64,000 bases of DNA, from NCBI GenBank assembly GCA_014905635.1, contig JABVCE010000002.1, forward strand, positions 1,674,001 through 1,738,000. The letters run 5' to 3'. Below, one piece after another: positions 23,750 to 35,707 of the stretch. Made by a program: the position numbers and the translations under genes. Each line of letters starts with the position of its first letter. Position 1 is the stretch's first letter. Below the pieces are notes generated by a model that saw nothing but the letters and a program-made list of their open reading frames with translations, ran no database searches and was not told the DNA's origin. The stretch is from Scenedesmus sp. PABB004. Taxonomy: Eukaryota.

Positions 23750-25283
23750 ATGCGCGCCGCCGCTGTGGCGCGGGGAGCTGGCGCGGCAGCTGCAGCAGCA
23801 TCAGCATCGGCGGCGAGCGCCTGCCCCGCCGCGCTGGCCGCGCGCCTGCTGGCGGCGGCGCCGCGCCCGTGGCCGGCGCAGCGGCACCGTGGTGAGCTGA
23901 GCGGCGGCGGGGGCGCGCCGCGCCCAGAGCTGCGCGCCGCCGGGCCCCACACGCACTGCGGCCGGCCGCCGGACGCGCAGGCGGCGCCCGGCGGGGCGTG
24001 CGCGCGCGCAGCGGCGCCGCGGCGCCTTTGGACGCGGCGGCGGCGGCGCCGCCGCCGCCCGGCGCGGCGCTGTACGACCGCCCGCAGCTCTACGACGACG
24101 CGTTCAGCTACCGAGACTTTGCGGCAGAGGCGCGCGCAGGCGGGCGGCGCGCGCCGCGCCAGGCGGCCGGGCGGCCCAGGCGCGCGGCGCCGTGCCGCCG
24201 CACTGCGCCCTCTCTGCCCGCAGGCCGAGTTCCTGCTCGCCGCGTACAGGCAGCACGCGCGCGGCGGCGGCGGCGCGCCCGCGACCGTGCTGGAGCTCGG
24301 GTGCGGGCCGGCCAACCACGCGGTGCAGCTCGCGGCGCGCGGCGCGGCGGTGTGGGCGCTGGACGTGAACGCCGCGATGCTCGACTACGCGGCGGGCAAG
24401 GCGGCCGCCGCGGGCGTGGCGGGGCCGCGCTTCACCGCCGTGCAGGCCGACATGGCGGCCTTTGACCTGCCCGGCCTCGCCGGCCGGCTCGACATGGCCG
24501 TGTGCCTGTTGGGCACGCTCAGCCACATGCTGGACAACGCCGCCGCGGCGTCGTGCTTCGCCGCGGTGGCGCGCCACCTCCGCCCGGGGGGGCTGTTTGT
24601 CGTGGAGCTCGCGCACCCGGGTGCGCCCCCCCCCCCCCCCGGGCGGGGGCGCGCCAGCGGCGGCGGCCAGGCTCGGCGGCGGCCGGCGCCGCGCCGTGCC
24701 GCGCCCTCACTCCGTGCCCGCCCGGCCGCGCCGCGCGGCGCCCTCACGCCGCGCCCGCTGCGCCGCGCGCCCCGCCCGCCGCGCCGCGCGCCAGGCGACC
24801 TGTTTGACGGCAGCCTGCTGCTGCAGGACACGGGCGCGGAGATGTGGGAGGTGGACCGGGAGGGGCGTCAGCTCATGGTGATGTGGGGCACCGACGTGGA
24901 CGACTTTGACCCCCACACGCAGGTGCGGGGGGGGGGGGGGGGGGGCGTGCGTGGGCGCGGCCGCCGCGCCCGCGCGCGCAGCGCCGCGAGGCTGCCGCCC
25001 CGCGCGCGGCGCCCGCCGACGCGGTCCCACCGTCGCGCGGCAGGTGCTGCGGCGCACGGTGAGCATCCACGGCATGACCAAGGGCGGCGAGGTGGGCGAG
25101 TGCCTGCTGGAGGAGGTGGTGCCGTGGCGGCACTTCACCGCGCAGGAGGTCGACCTGCTCGCGACGCTCGCGGGCCTCGAGGTCGTGGGGACCTACGGCG
25201 ACCTAGATCTGGGCGTGGGCCTCACGCACGAGGACGCCTTCCGCCTGGTCGTGGTGCTGCGCCGCCCGGCCGCCCCGGCGTGA
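23750..25283 (+). CDS. Class I SAM-dependent methyltransferase (Methyltransf_25-like) with transit peptide
   Basis: Exons 23750-23891, 23981-24129, 24224-24620, 24795-24922, 25044-25283. Motifs YDRPQLYDDAFSYRDFAAEAEFL, VLELGCGPANH, ALDVNAAMLDYA, QADMAAF, VARHLRPGGLFVVELAHP. Confidence 0.88.
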
Positions 25284-26072
25284 GCGCGCTCGGCGCCGCC
25301 TGCGCTGCTCGGCGCCTGCGCCTGCGCGCCTCCCCGTGTCCTGTGGCCCGCGGGCGCTCTCCCTTTTCCGAGCCGCCGGCAGGCGGGGCTGGGCGTGGCG
25401 TGCCGCTGAGCGTGAGCGCCCCGGCTGACGCCCGCCGGCGCGGCCACGCGCCACGCCGGCCCGGGCCATCCCGTGCGCATTGGCCCGTCGAACGTCCTGC
25501 AACGATGTCACACGCGTCCGAGCGTCAAACGAGCTGCGGGCGCGCAAACCAGTGACTTCGCAGCAGAAGTGCCGCCTGCGATCTTCTGCGCACAGGCCGG
25601 CGATCTTAGCCCTGCGCACGCGCCGGCTCCCGCTCACTCTCGCCCCTGCCGTCCTGCCGTCCACCGGCCCTCCGCAGCTCTCCGCCGGCCCCGTTGGCGC
25701 ACCGCACGACCCTGCCGCCCGGTGAGCCATGTCGACAAGGCCGCACGCCCGCAGGGCGACAGGTCGCCCCGAGCCAGCGCCCGGGATGGGTGCAGGCAGT
25801 GGGGAGGGGCGCGTGGGAGGCGTCGCGGCATTGTCGGCGCGCCCAGGGCGACAGGGCAGGCTCAGATGGATGGCCAGCGGGCCCAGCGGGCCCTCACGGC
25901 GCCCGCGCCGCGCGCCGCTCTGCACGCACCGGTGCACGCATGCACCTCAGCACGCCCGCTTCTTGAAGCACATGTGCTTACACCCCGCCGCCCCCCCGCT
26001 GCCCCCGCCGCCCCCGCCGCCTGCTGCCCGCCCACCCCCGCCACGCAGGAGCTGCCGCCACTACCCGGCAAG

Positions 26073-26944
26073 ATGGCAAGCCGTGCGTTCATGTTGGCCG
26101 CCGTGGCCCTCTTCGCCGTCCTCGCGGCCGCTCGCGCGCAGCAGGGGGCCCCCCCGCGGTCTCCTGCCCCGATCACCTCCCCGTGCGACGGCAACTTCAC
26201 CGCGCTGTCCGTGGCGATGACCAACGCCACCAACACCGAGCTCGCCAAGAGCTTCGGCCAGGTCAACACCACCAGCAAGGACAGGAGCACCAAGTTCACC
26301 GTGCCCAGGATCTGCGGCCCCCTTGGCACCTGCGCCGGCGGCAACACCTTCTCGGCCTCGACGGGCAAGACCAAGACCACCAGCGGCGCGCACGACATAA
26401 CCTCCAGCTGGACTCTGACCGAGTCGTCGTGCAAAAACAAGTCAGGCACCTGGACGGTGTCTGGCCCTCTCGACGTGCTCTTCACCTGGACCGACACCAT
26501 CGTGATGGGTGAGTGCGCTGCCCAGGCCACGGGGTCGCATTGAGTTGGATCGCAGCAGCGCGTCGCGCCCCATGCCTTCCCCTTCCCCCTCACCCCCCAC
26601 CCCCCCCCTGTGCCCACCTTGCAGACACATCGATGTTCGTGGATGGCTTCCTGGGCGCCGAGCTCAGCTTGACGTTGGACACGACGATCACCGGCATGAC
26701 CGTCAACGCGGGCGGCAACTGGACGGTCACCTCGACGGATGGCGTCACCGGCACCCTTACGGCGCTGAGCTTTGCCGACTGCATCATCAACACGGTGGGC
26801 GTGGAGGTGTCCGCCAACGGCGCGGCCCTGATCACCCCTAGCGGCATAGTCCAGGGCAATCTCGATGCCTCTGGCCCCCAGTTCTGCGCCAGCCTCAACA
26901 AGAAGCTTGCCCCCAAGCTCATTAACAAGACCTTCCCCCTGTGA
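26073..26944 (+). CDS. Secreted Thr/Ser-rich glycoprotein, array copy 1 (251 aa; candidate BPI/LBP-like TULIP domain)
   Basis: Exons 26073-26508 and 26625-26944 (GT-AG, phase 1). Signal peptide MASRAFMLAAVALFAVLAAARA, six Cys, several N-x-S/T sequons, strong coding-type codon usage. Possible 5' UTR intron 25722-26048. Confidence 0.85.
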
Positions 26945-29900
26945 CAGAACCGTCTATGATGGCGGCGCCGTCGGCCGGCGCCGCGCAGCCGGGGCCCGCG
27001 CGGCGCCCGCGCACGGCCGGCGGGGCCCGGGCGCGCGGCGGCGGCGCGGGCGCGCGCGCGCGCACCGAGGCTCGTGCGCGCCGAGGCGGCGGCGGCCGCC
27101 TCCGGGCGCCGCACCCGCCCGCGCCGGCTGAGATGGTGCGGGTGGCGGCGCGCGCACTGCCGCTGGCCGGCGCCGCCGCGGCGCGCGGCGCAGCCGCAAG
27201 GCCCGGGCCGCAGCGTTTGAGCGGAGAGCGCCCGCTCTCCGTCCCAGGCCGGCGTGTGTTGTTGATATTGCCGGCCTGTGTGTTTTTGCATCACATCCGG
27301 ACCCATTGTCAAACGGTGCTGCGTGCCATCATCAGCAGCAAGCACCTGGCCTATTGCTGGCTGCATGGCCAGGGCTGGCCAGGTCTGGCCTAGCCCGGTC
27401 TGGGCCGGACATGGCACCTGTGCGCACGTTGCAGCGGTCAGGGGCTGACTGCTGGCTTGTGCGGGCTGCCTGCCTGCTTCCTATTGCTTGTCGTGATATC
27501 TATCGCGCGGCTGCCTGGGAGGCGCTGGGCGCATCTGCTTCCCCTGCGCGCGCGTCGTACGCGCATCATGTCGGTCGTTGCACCGCCGTCGCCACGCGCC
27601 CGTGGGTGCGCCACGCAGCCTACGCGCGCCTGCTCGGCGACAGCTGGAGCCTCGGCACGGTGCGCGCCGCGCCGCGCCGCGCCGCGGCGGCGTCAGCGGC
27701 GGCGCCGCGCAGCGGGCGCGGTCGTGGCTGCGCGGTCGCCCACTCGTCGCCGCCCGAGCGCGCGGCGCCGCGGCGCAGGTCCAGGCGGCCGCGTCGATGC
27801 TGATGCAGCACCTTCAGGACCGCGCGTCAATGATCGACGATGGCAGCGAGCGGGTGCTCGCACCGCGTGTCGCTGCAGATCTGGTACGGCATGCTGGGCG
27901 AGTTCACGGACCGCTGGGCGGCGGCGCCGGCGCCGGCGGCGAGTCGCGCTACGCGGACTGCAACAAGCTCGCAGCGGCGGCGCGCGCGCTGCAGCGCCCG
28001 GGCTGCGCGCGCCGGCGGCGGCGGCGGCGGCGACGCGCGCTGCAGCCGCCCGCGCTGCGCGCCGCCGGCGGCGGTGGCGGCGACACGCGCGCTGCAGCCG
28101 CCCGCGCTGCACACGCCGGCGGTGGCGGCGACGCGTGCGCTGCCCGCCTAGGCGTGCGGTGGGTGCGTGGGAGGGGGTGGTTGGCCGGCGCAGCCAGCCC
28201 TGCGGCAGCCGCTGCTAGCGTGTGCGCGCGTGTCGTAGAGCAGTGACAAACGACACCACACCGTGTGCCCCCTCCCCCCATTTTTTCTGCACTGCAATCG
28301 TAGCTTGGGCGCCGCGTCGTCGGCGGCAGGCAGGCGCCTGCCCTGCCCTCAAGCGCATGCAAGGGGCGCAGCGCGTGCGCTTCGTGCGGGCGGGGCCCAG
28401 ACTCTGGGACCTCGGGCGACGACGGTGGCATGTTATTGCTGCGCCTGCCGCAGCTGCGAGAGTCGGCTGCGGCGCGCGGGCTGGGCCGCACCGCACGAAG
28501 AGCGCGCGAGTCGGTGCCAGAGTAACACGTCCTGCTGCTCAGCTCAAGCCTAGTGATTGCCGGCTCACGGTCAAGTGCTTTCACGCGCGCGCCGCGCCCG
28601 GGTTCAGCCGCACCGCGCCGCCGCCCGCCGGCCGCGAGCTCAGCAGCGCGCGCCGCACGGCGCCCGCGCTGCAGCCCAGGAGCGCTGCCCACAGCCGCCG
28701 CCCGCGCTGCACACGCGGCCGCCGCGACGCCGCCCTCTCAAACGCGCAGGCCGGCCGGTGGTGCCCTCCTTGCGCACGTCGGGCAACATCACCCCTTGCC
28801 CTGGCGACCAGGTCCGCCCGCCCGGCTTGGCGCCGCCGCTGTAGCTGCGCGGGGGCCCGCCCGCGCACGTGAGCGCGCCCACCGCGAGCTCCTGGGGGAA
28901 GGCCGGCGGGAAGGCCAGCGCGCCGCGGCCTCGCTCGCAGGGGCGACCAGCAGCACGTCGGGCGCGCGGCCCTCGGCGGTCACGCCCGTCGCCGCCGCGC
29001 GCCACTCCGCCCCGCCCACGCGCATTGCGCCGCTGCCGATGGGCTCCGCCGGCCCGCGCTGGTCAGGCCGGCCAGCACCACCATGCGCCAGCGCGGCGCG
29101 CCGCCGGGCGCGCCGTAGTGCTCCGCCGGCAGGCCCCGCAGCCGGCCCTCGCGCACCGAGTGGGCGCGCAGCCGGCTGCGCCTGCCTGGCGCTGACGCGC
29201 CCGGCTCGATCGAGCCGCTGTCGGGGTTGACGCCCACCGCGTTGCAACGCCGCGCCGCCGGGGGTGACGCTCGCAACGCGCGGGCCCGAGCCCCGGCCGC
29301 GCCGCGATTGATGGACGCAGCGCAGGCGGCCGCGCGGCGTCGGCAAACGCGCCCAGCGCAGCACAGCGCGAGCGCGCTGGCGGCCGAGCGGGTCCGCGGT
29401 CGCGCAGCCGCTCCCCGTTGTGCAGGCGGGGCTGCTGCGCCGCGGCGTGCCGCTGCGTGAGCGCCCCGGCTGACCGGCTGACGCCGGCGCGGCCACGCGC
29501 CACGCCGGCCCGGGCCATCCCGTGCGCATTGGCCCGTCGAACGTCCTGCAACGATGTCACACGCGTCCGAGCGTCAAACGAGCTGCGGGCGCGCAAACCA
29601 GTGACTTCGCAGCAGAAGTGCCGCCTGCGATCTTCTGCGCACAGGCCGGCGATCTTAGCCCTGCGCACGCGCCGGCTCCCGCTCACTCTCGCCCCTGCCG
29701 TCCTGCCGTCCACCGGCCCTCCGCAGCTCTCCGCCGGCCCCGTTGGCGCACCGCACGACCCTGCCGCCCGGTGAGCCATGTCGACAAGGCCGCACGCCCG
29801 CAGGGCGACAGGTCGCCCCGAGCCAGCGCCCGGGATGGGTGCAGGCAGTGGGGAGGGGCGCGTGGGAGGCGTCGCGGCATTGTCGGCGCGCCCAGGGCGA

Positions 29901-30119
29901 CAGGGCAGGCTCAGATGGATGGCCAGCGGGCCCAGCGGGCCCTCACGGCGCCCGCGCCGCGCGCCGCTCTGCACGCACCGGTGCACGCATGCACCTCAGC
30001 ACGCCCGCTTCTTGAAGCACATGTGCTTACACCCCGCCGCCCCCCGCTGCCCCCGCCGCCCCGCCGCCTGCTGCCCGCCCACCCCCGCCACGCAGGAGCT
30101 GCCGCCACTACCCGGCAAG

Positions 30120-30991
30120 ATGGCAAGCCGTGCGTTCATGTTGGCCGCCGTGGCCCTCTTCGCCGTCCTCGCGGCCGCTCGCGCGCAGCAGGGGGCCCCC
30201 CGCGGTCTCCTGCCCCGATCACCTCCCCGTGCGACGGCAACTTCACCGCGCTGTCCGTGGCGATGACCAACGCCACCAACACCGAGCTCGCCAAGAGCTT
30301 CGGCCAGGTCAACACCACCAGCAAGGACAGGAGCACCAAGTTCACCGTGCCCAGGATCTGCGGCCCCCTTGGCACCTGCGCCGGCGGCAACACCTTCTCG
30401 GCCTCGACGGGCAAGACCAAGACCACCAGCGGCGCGCACGACATAACCTCCAGCTGGACTCTGACCGAGTCGTCGTGCAAAAACAAGTCAGGCACCTGGA
30501 CGGTGTCTGGCCCTCTCGACGTGCTCTTCACCTGGACCGACACCATCGTGATGGGTGAGTGCGCTGCCCAGGCCACGGGGTCGCATTGAGTTGGATCGCA
30601 GCAGCGCGTCGCGCCCCATGCCTTCCCCTTCCCCCTCACCCCCCCCCCCCCCCCCTGTGCCCACCTTGCAGACACATCGATGTTCGTGGATGGCTTCCTG
30701 GGCGCCGAGCTCAGCTTGACGTTGGACACGACGATCACCGGCATGACCGTCAACGCGGGCGGCAACTGGACGGTCACCTCGACGGATGGCGTCACCGGCA
30801 CCCTTACGGCGCTGAGCTTTGCCGACTGCATCATCAACACGGTGGGCGTGGAGGTGTCCGCCAACGGCGCGGCCCTGATCACCCCTAGCGGCATAGTCCA
30901 GGGCAATCTCGATGCCTCTGGCCCCCAGTTCTGCGCCAGCCTCAACAAGAAGCTTGCCCCCAAGCTCATTAACAAGACCTTCCCCCTGTGA
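30120..30991 (+). CDS. Array copy 2; matches copy 1 but has a -1 frameshift as assembled
   Basis: Exons 30120-30554 and 30672-30991. The tract at 30191-30201 reads G5C6 instead of G5C7. Confidence 0.75.
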
Positions 30992-31007
30992 CAGAACCGT
31001 CTATGAT

Positions 31008-34000
31008 GGCGGCGCCGTCGGCCGGCGCCGCGCAGCCGGGGCCCGCGCGGCGCCCGCGCACGGCCGGCGGGGCCCGGGCGCGCGGCGGCGGCGCGGGCGC
31101 GCGCGCGCGCACCGAGGCTCGTGCGCGCCGAGGCGGCGGCGGCCGCCTCCGGGCGCCGCACCCGCCCGCGCCGGCTGAGATGGTGCGGGTGGCGGCGCGC
31201 GCACTGCCGCTGGCCGGCGCCGCCGCGGCGCGCGGCGCAGCCGCAAGGCCCGGGCCGCAGCGTTTGAGCGGAGAGCGCCCGCTCTCCGTCCCAGGCCGGC
31301 GTGTGTTGTTGATATTGCCGGCCTGTGTGTTTTTGCATCACATCCGGACCCATTGTCAAACGGTGCTGCGTGCCATCATCAGCAGCAAGCACCTGGCCTA
31401 TTGCTGGCTGCATGGCCAGGGCTGGCCAGGTCTGGCCTAGCCCGGTCTGGGCCGGACATGGCACCTGTGCGCACGTTGCAGCGGTCAGGGGCTGACTGCT
31501 GGCTTGTGCGGGCTGCCTGCCTGCTTCCTATTGCTTGTCGTGATATCTATCGCGCGGCTGCCTGGGAGGCGCTGGGCGCATCTGCTTCCCCTGCGCGCGC
31601 GTCGTACGCGCATCATGTCGGTCGTTGCACCGCCGTCGCCACGCGCCCGTGGGTGCGCCACGCAGCCTACGCGCGCCTGCTCGGCGACAGCTGGAGCCTC
31701 GGCACGGTGCGCGCCGCGCCGCGCCGCGCCGCGGCGGCGTCAGCGGCGGCGCCGCGCAGCGGGCGCGGTCGTGGCTGCGCGGTCGCCCACTCGTCGCCGC
31801 CCGAGCGCGCGGCGCCGCGGCGCAGGTCCAGGCGGCCGCGTCGATGCTGATGCAGCACCTTCAGGACCGCGCGTCAATGATCGACGATGGCAGCGAGCGG
31901 GTGCTCGCACCGCGTGTCGCTGCAGATCTGGTACGGCATGCTGGGCGAGTTCACGGACCGCTGGGCGGCGGCGCCGGCGCCGGCGGCGAGTCGCGCTACG
32001 CGGACTGCAACAAGCTCGCAGCGGCGGCGCGCGCGCTGCAGCGCCCGGGCTGCGCGCGCCGGCGGCGGCGGCGGCGGCGACGCGCGCTGCAGCCGCCCGC
32101 GCTGCGCGCCGCCGGCGGCGGTGGCGGCGACACGCGCGCTGCAGCCGCCCGCGCTGCACACGCCGGCGGTGGCGGCGACGCGTGCGCTGCCCGCCTAGGC
32201 GTGCGGTGGGTGCGTGGGAGGGGGTGGTTGGCCGGCGCAGCCAGCCCTGCGGCAGCCGCTGCTAGCGTGTGCGCGCGTGTCGTAGAGCAGTGACAAACGA
32301 CACCACACCGTGTGCCCCCTCCCCCCATTTTTTCTGCACTGCAATCGTAGCTTGGGCGCCGCGTCGTCGGCGGCAGGCAGGCGCCTGCCCTGCCCTCAAG
32401 CGCATGCAAGGGGCGCAGCGCGTGCGCTTCGTGCGGGCGGGGCCCAGACTCTGGGACCTCGGGCGACGACGGTGGCATGTTATTGCTGCGCCTGCCGCAG
32501 CTGCGAGAGTCGGCTGCGGCGCGCGGGCTGGGCCGCACCGCACGAAGAGCGCGCGAGTCGGTGCCAGAGTAACACGTCCTGCTGCTCAGCTCAAGCCTAG
32601 TGATTGCCGGCTCACGGTCAAGTGCTTTCACGCGCGCGCCGCGCCCGGGTTCAGCCGCACCGCGCCGCCGCCCGCCGGCCGCGAGCTCAGCAGCGCGCGC
32701 CGCACGGCGCCCGCGCTGCAGCCCAGGAGCGCTGCCCACAGCCGCCGCCCGCGCTGCACACGCGGCCGCCGCGACGCCGCCCTCTCAAACGCGCAGGCCG
32801 GCCGGTGGTGCCCTCCTTGCGCACGTCGGGCAACATCACCCCTTGCCCTGGCGACCAGGTCCGCCCGCCCGGCTTGGCGCCGCCGCTGTAGCTGCGCGGG
32901 GGCCCGCCCGCGCACGTGAGCGCGCCCACCGCGAGCTCCTGGGGGAAGGCCGGCGGGAAGGCCAGCGCGCCGCGGCCTCGCTCGCAGGGGCGACCAGCAG
33001 CACGTCGGGCGCGCGGCCCTCGGCGGTCACGCCCGTCGCCGCCGCGCGCCACTCCGCCCCGCCCACGCGCATTGCGCCGCTGCCGATGGGCTCCGCCGGC
33101 CCGCGCTGGTCAGGCCGGCCAGCACCACCATGCGCCAGCGCGGCGCGCCGCCGGGCGCGCCGTAGTGCTCCGCCGGCAGGCCCCGCAGCCGGCCCTCGCG
33201 CACCGAGTGGGCGCGCAGCCGGCTGCGCCTGCCTGGCGCTGACGCGCCCGGCTCGATCGAGCCGCTGTCGGGGTTGACGCCCACCGCGTGCAGCGCCGCG
33301 CCGCCGGGGGTGACGCTCGCAACGCGCGGGCCCAGCCCCGGCCGCGCCGCGATGATGGACGCAGCGCAGGTGCCGCGCGGCTTCAACAAACGAGCCCAGC
33401 TCAGCACACAGCCGCTGGGGCCGAGCGGGTCCGCGGTCGCGCAGCCGCTCCAGGCGTTGTGCACCAGGTTGGGGCTGCTCGCCGCGACGCCGCTGCTGAT
33501 CAGGCACACCAGCACCACCAGCACGCGCGGCGCGGACGCCGGCAGACCGATCGTGGGCTCGCCGATCGCGGCCAGGGCCCACGGCCAGCCGTCCGGCGCC
33601 GCCGCGCACGCCGCGCCCGTCACGGCGGCGCTGCTGGCGTTGCCGCCGCCGCTGCCGCCTTCGCCGCCCGGCGCGGGCGAGGCGGCGCGTGGCAGCTGGC
33701 TGGCCTGCGGCGGGCGGCAGGACGTGAGCGCGAGGTGCGCGTGCGGCGTCGGCGGCCAGAGCAGGCGCCAGGATGCCAGGATGCTTCTACTGAAGTGGCC
33801 ACCGCGCGCTGGCCAGCAGCACCAGCAGCCACAGGCAGGGCACGCCGGCAGCGCCGTGCTGCATTGACCGGGTGTGTTCTGGCGAGGCTCCTGTGCTGCC
33901 GCTGTCGCAGTTGCGGGTCCCCCTGCTCCTCTCCACGCACACGCTGCGGCCCGGGCCTCTCGGCTGCGCCGCGCGCCGCGGCGGCGCCGGCCTGCGGCCG

Positions 34001-34052
34001 TGCGCGGGCGCCGCGCGGGCCTGGCTGCGCGGCGTCGGCCGACGGCGCCGCC
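31008..34052. mobile_element. About 3 kb inverted-repeat-bounded spacer, candidate non-autonomous foldback/Pack-type element (unit 2)
   Basis: The right arm 33929-34052 is the reverse complement of the left arm 31008-31275 apart from a ~140 bp internal gap. No target-site duplication or transposase seen. Confidence 0.4.
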
Positions 34053-34818
34053 GCGCTCGCTTTCGGAGCCGCTGGCGGCTCCGTGTCCTGTGGCCCGCGG
34101 GCGCTCTCCCTTTTCCGAGCCGCCGGCAGGCGGGGCTGGGCGTGGCGTGCCGCTGAGCGTGAGCGCCCCGGCTGACGCCCGCCGGCGCGGCCACGCGCCA
34201 CGCCGGCCCGGGCCATCCCGTGCGCATTGGCCCGTCGAACGTCCTGCAACGATGTCACACGCGTCCGAGCGTCAAACGAGCTGCGGGCGCGCAAACCAGT
34301 GACTTCGCAGCAGAAGTGCCGCCTGCGATCTTCTGCGCACAGGCCGGCGATCTTAGCCCTGCGCACGCGCCGGCTCCCGCTCACTCTCGCCCCTGCCGTC
34401 CTGCCGTCCACCGGCCCTCCGCAGCTCTCCGCCGGCCCCGTTGGCGCACCGCACGACCCTGCCGCCCGGTGAGCCATGTCGACAAGGCCGCACGCCCGCA
34501 GGGCGACAGGTCGCCCCGAGCCAGCGCCCGGGATGGGTGCAGGCAGTGGGGAGGGGCGCGTGGGAGGCGTCGCGGCATTGTCGGCGCGCCCAGGGCGACA
34601 GGGCAGGCTCAGATGGATGGCCAGCGGGCCCAGCGGGCCCTCACGGCGCCCGCGCCGCGCGCCGCTCTGCACGCACCGGTGCACGCATGCACCTCAGCAC
34701 GCCCGCTTCTTGAAGCACATGTGCTTACACCCCGCCGCCCCCCGCTGCCCCCGCCGCCCCCGCCGCCTGCTGCCCGCCCACCCCCGCCACGCAGGAGCTG
34801 CCGCCACTACCCGGCAAG

Positions 34819-35691
34819 ATGGCAAGCCGTGCGTTCATGTTGGCCGCCGTGGCCCTCTTCGCCGTCCTCGCGGCCGCTCGCGCGCAGCAGGGGCCCCCCC
34901 GCGGTCTCCTGCCCCGATCACCTCCCCGTGCGACGGCAACTTCACCGCGCTGTCCGTGGCGATGACCAACGCCACCAACACCGAGCTCGCCAAGAGCTTC
35001 GGCCAGGTCAACACCACCAGCAAGGACAGGAGCACCAAGTTCACCGTGCCCAGGATCTGCGGCCCCCTTGGCACCTGCGCCGGCGGCAACACCTTCTCGG
35101 CCTCGACGGGCAAGACCAAGACCACCAGCGGCGCGCACGACATAACCTCCAGCTGGACTCTGACCGAGTCGTCGTGCAAAAACAAGTCAGGCACCTGGAC
35201 GGTGTCTGGCCCTCTCGACGTGCTCTTCACCTGGACCGACACCATCGTGATGGGTGAGTGCGCTGCCCAGGCCACGGGGTCGCATTGAGTTGGATCGCAG
35301 CAGCGCGTCGCGCCCCATGCCTTCCCCTTCCCCCTCACCCCCCACCCCCCCCCCCTGTGCCCACCTTGCAGACACATCGATGTTCGTGGATGGCTTCCTG
35401 GGCGCCGAGCTCAGCTTGACGTTGGACACGACGATCACCGGCATGACCGTCAACGCGGGCGGCAACTGGACGGTCACCTCGACGGATGGCGTCACCGGCA
35501 CCCTTACGGCGCTGAGCTTTGCCGACTGCATCATCAACACGGTGGGCGTGGAGGTGTCCGCCAACGGCGCGGCCCTGATCACCCCTAGCGGCATAGTCCA
35601 GGGCAATCTCGATGCCTCTGGCCCCCAGTTCTGCGCCAGCCTCAACAAGAAGCTTGCCCCCAAGCTCATTAACAAGACCTTCCCCCTGTGA
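34819..35691 (+). CDS. Array copy 3; matches copy 1 but has a -1 frameshift as assembled
   Basis: Exons 34819-35253 and 35372-35691. The tract at 34890-34900 reads G4C7 instead of G5C7. Confidence 0.75.
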
Positions 35692-35707
35692 CAGAACCGT
35701 CTATGAT

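Noticed and set aside
5311..25283. Three methyltransferases plus a DUF212 gene as a biosynthetic gene cluster
   Set aside because: They belong to unrelated families, mostly protein-modifying, are interspersed with housekeeping genes, and no scaffold-forming enzyme is present.
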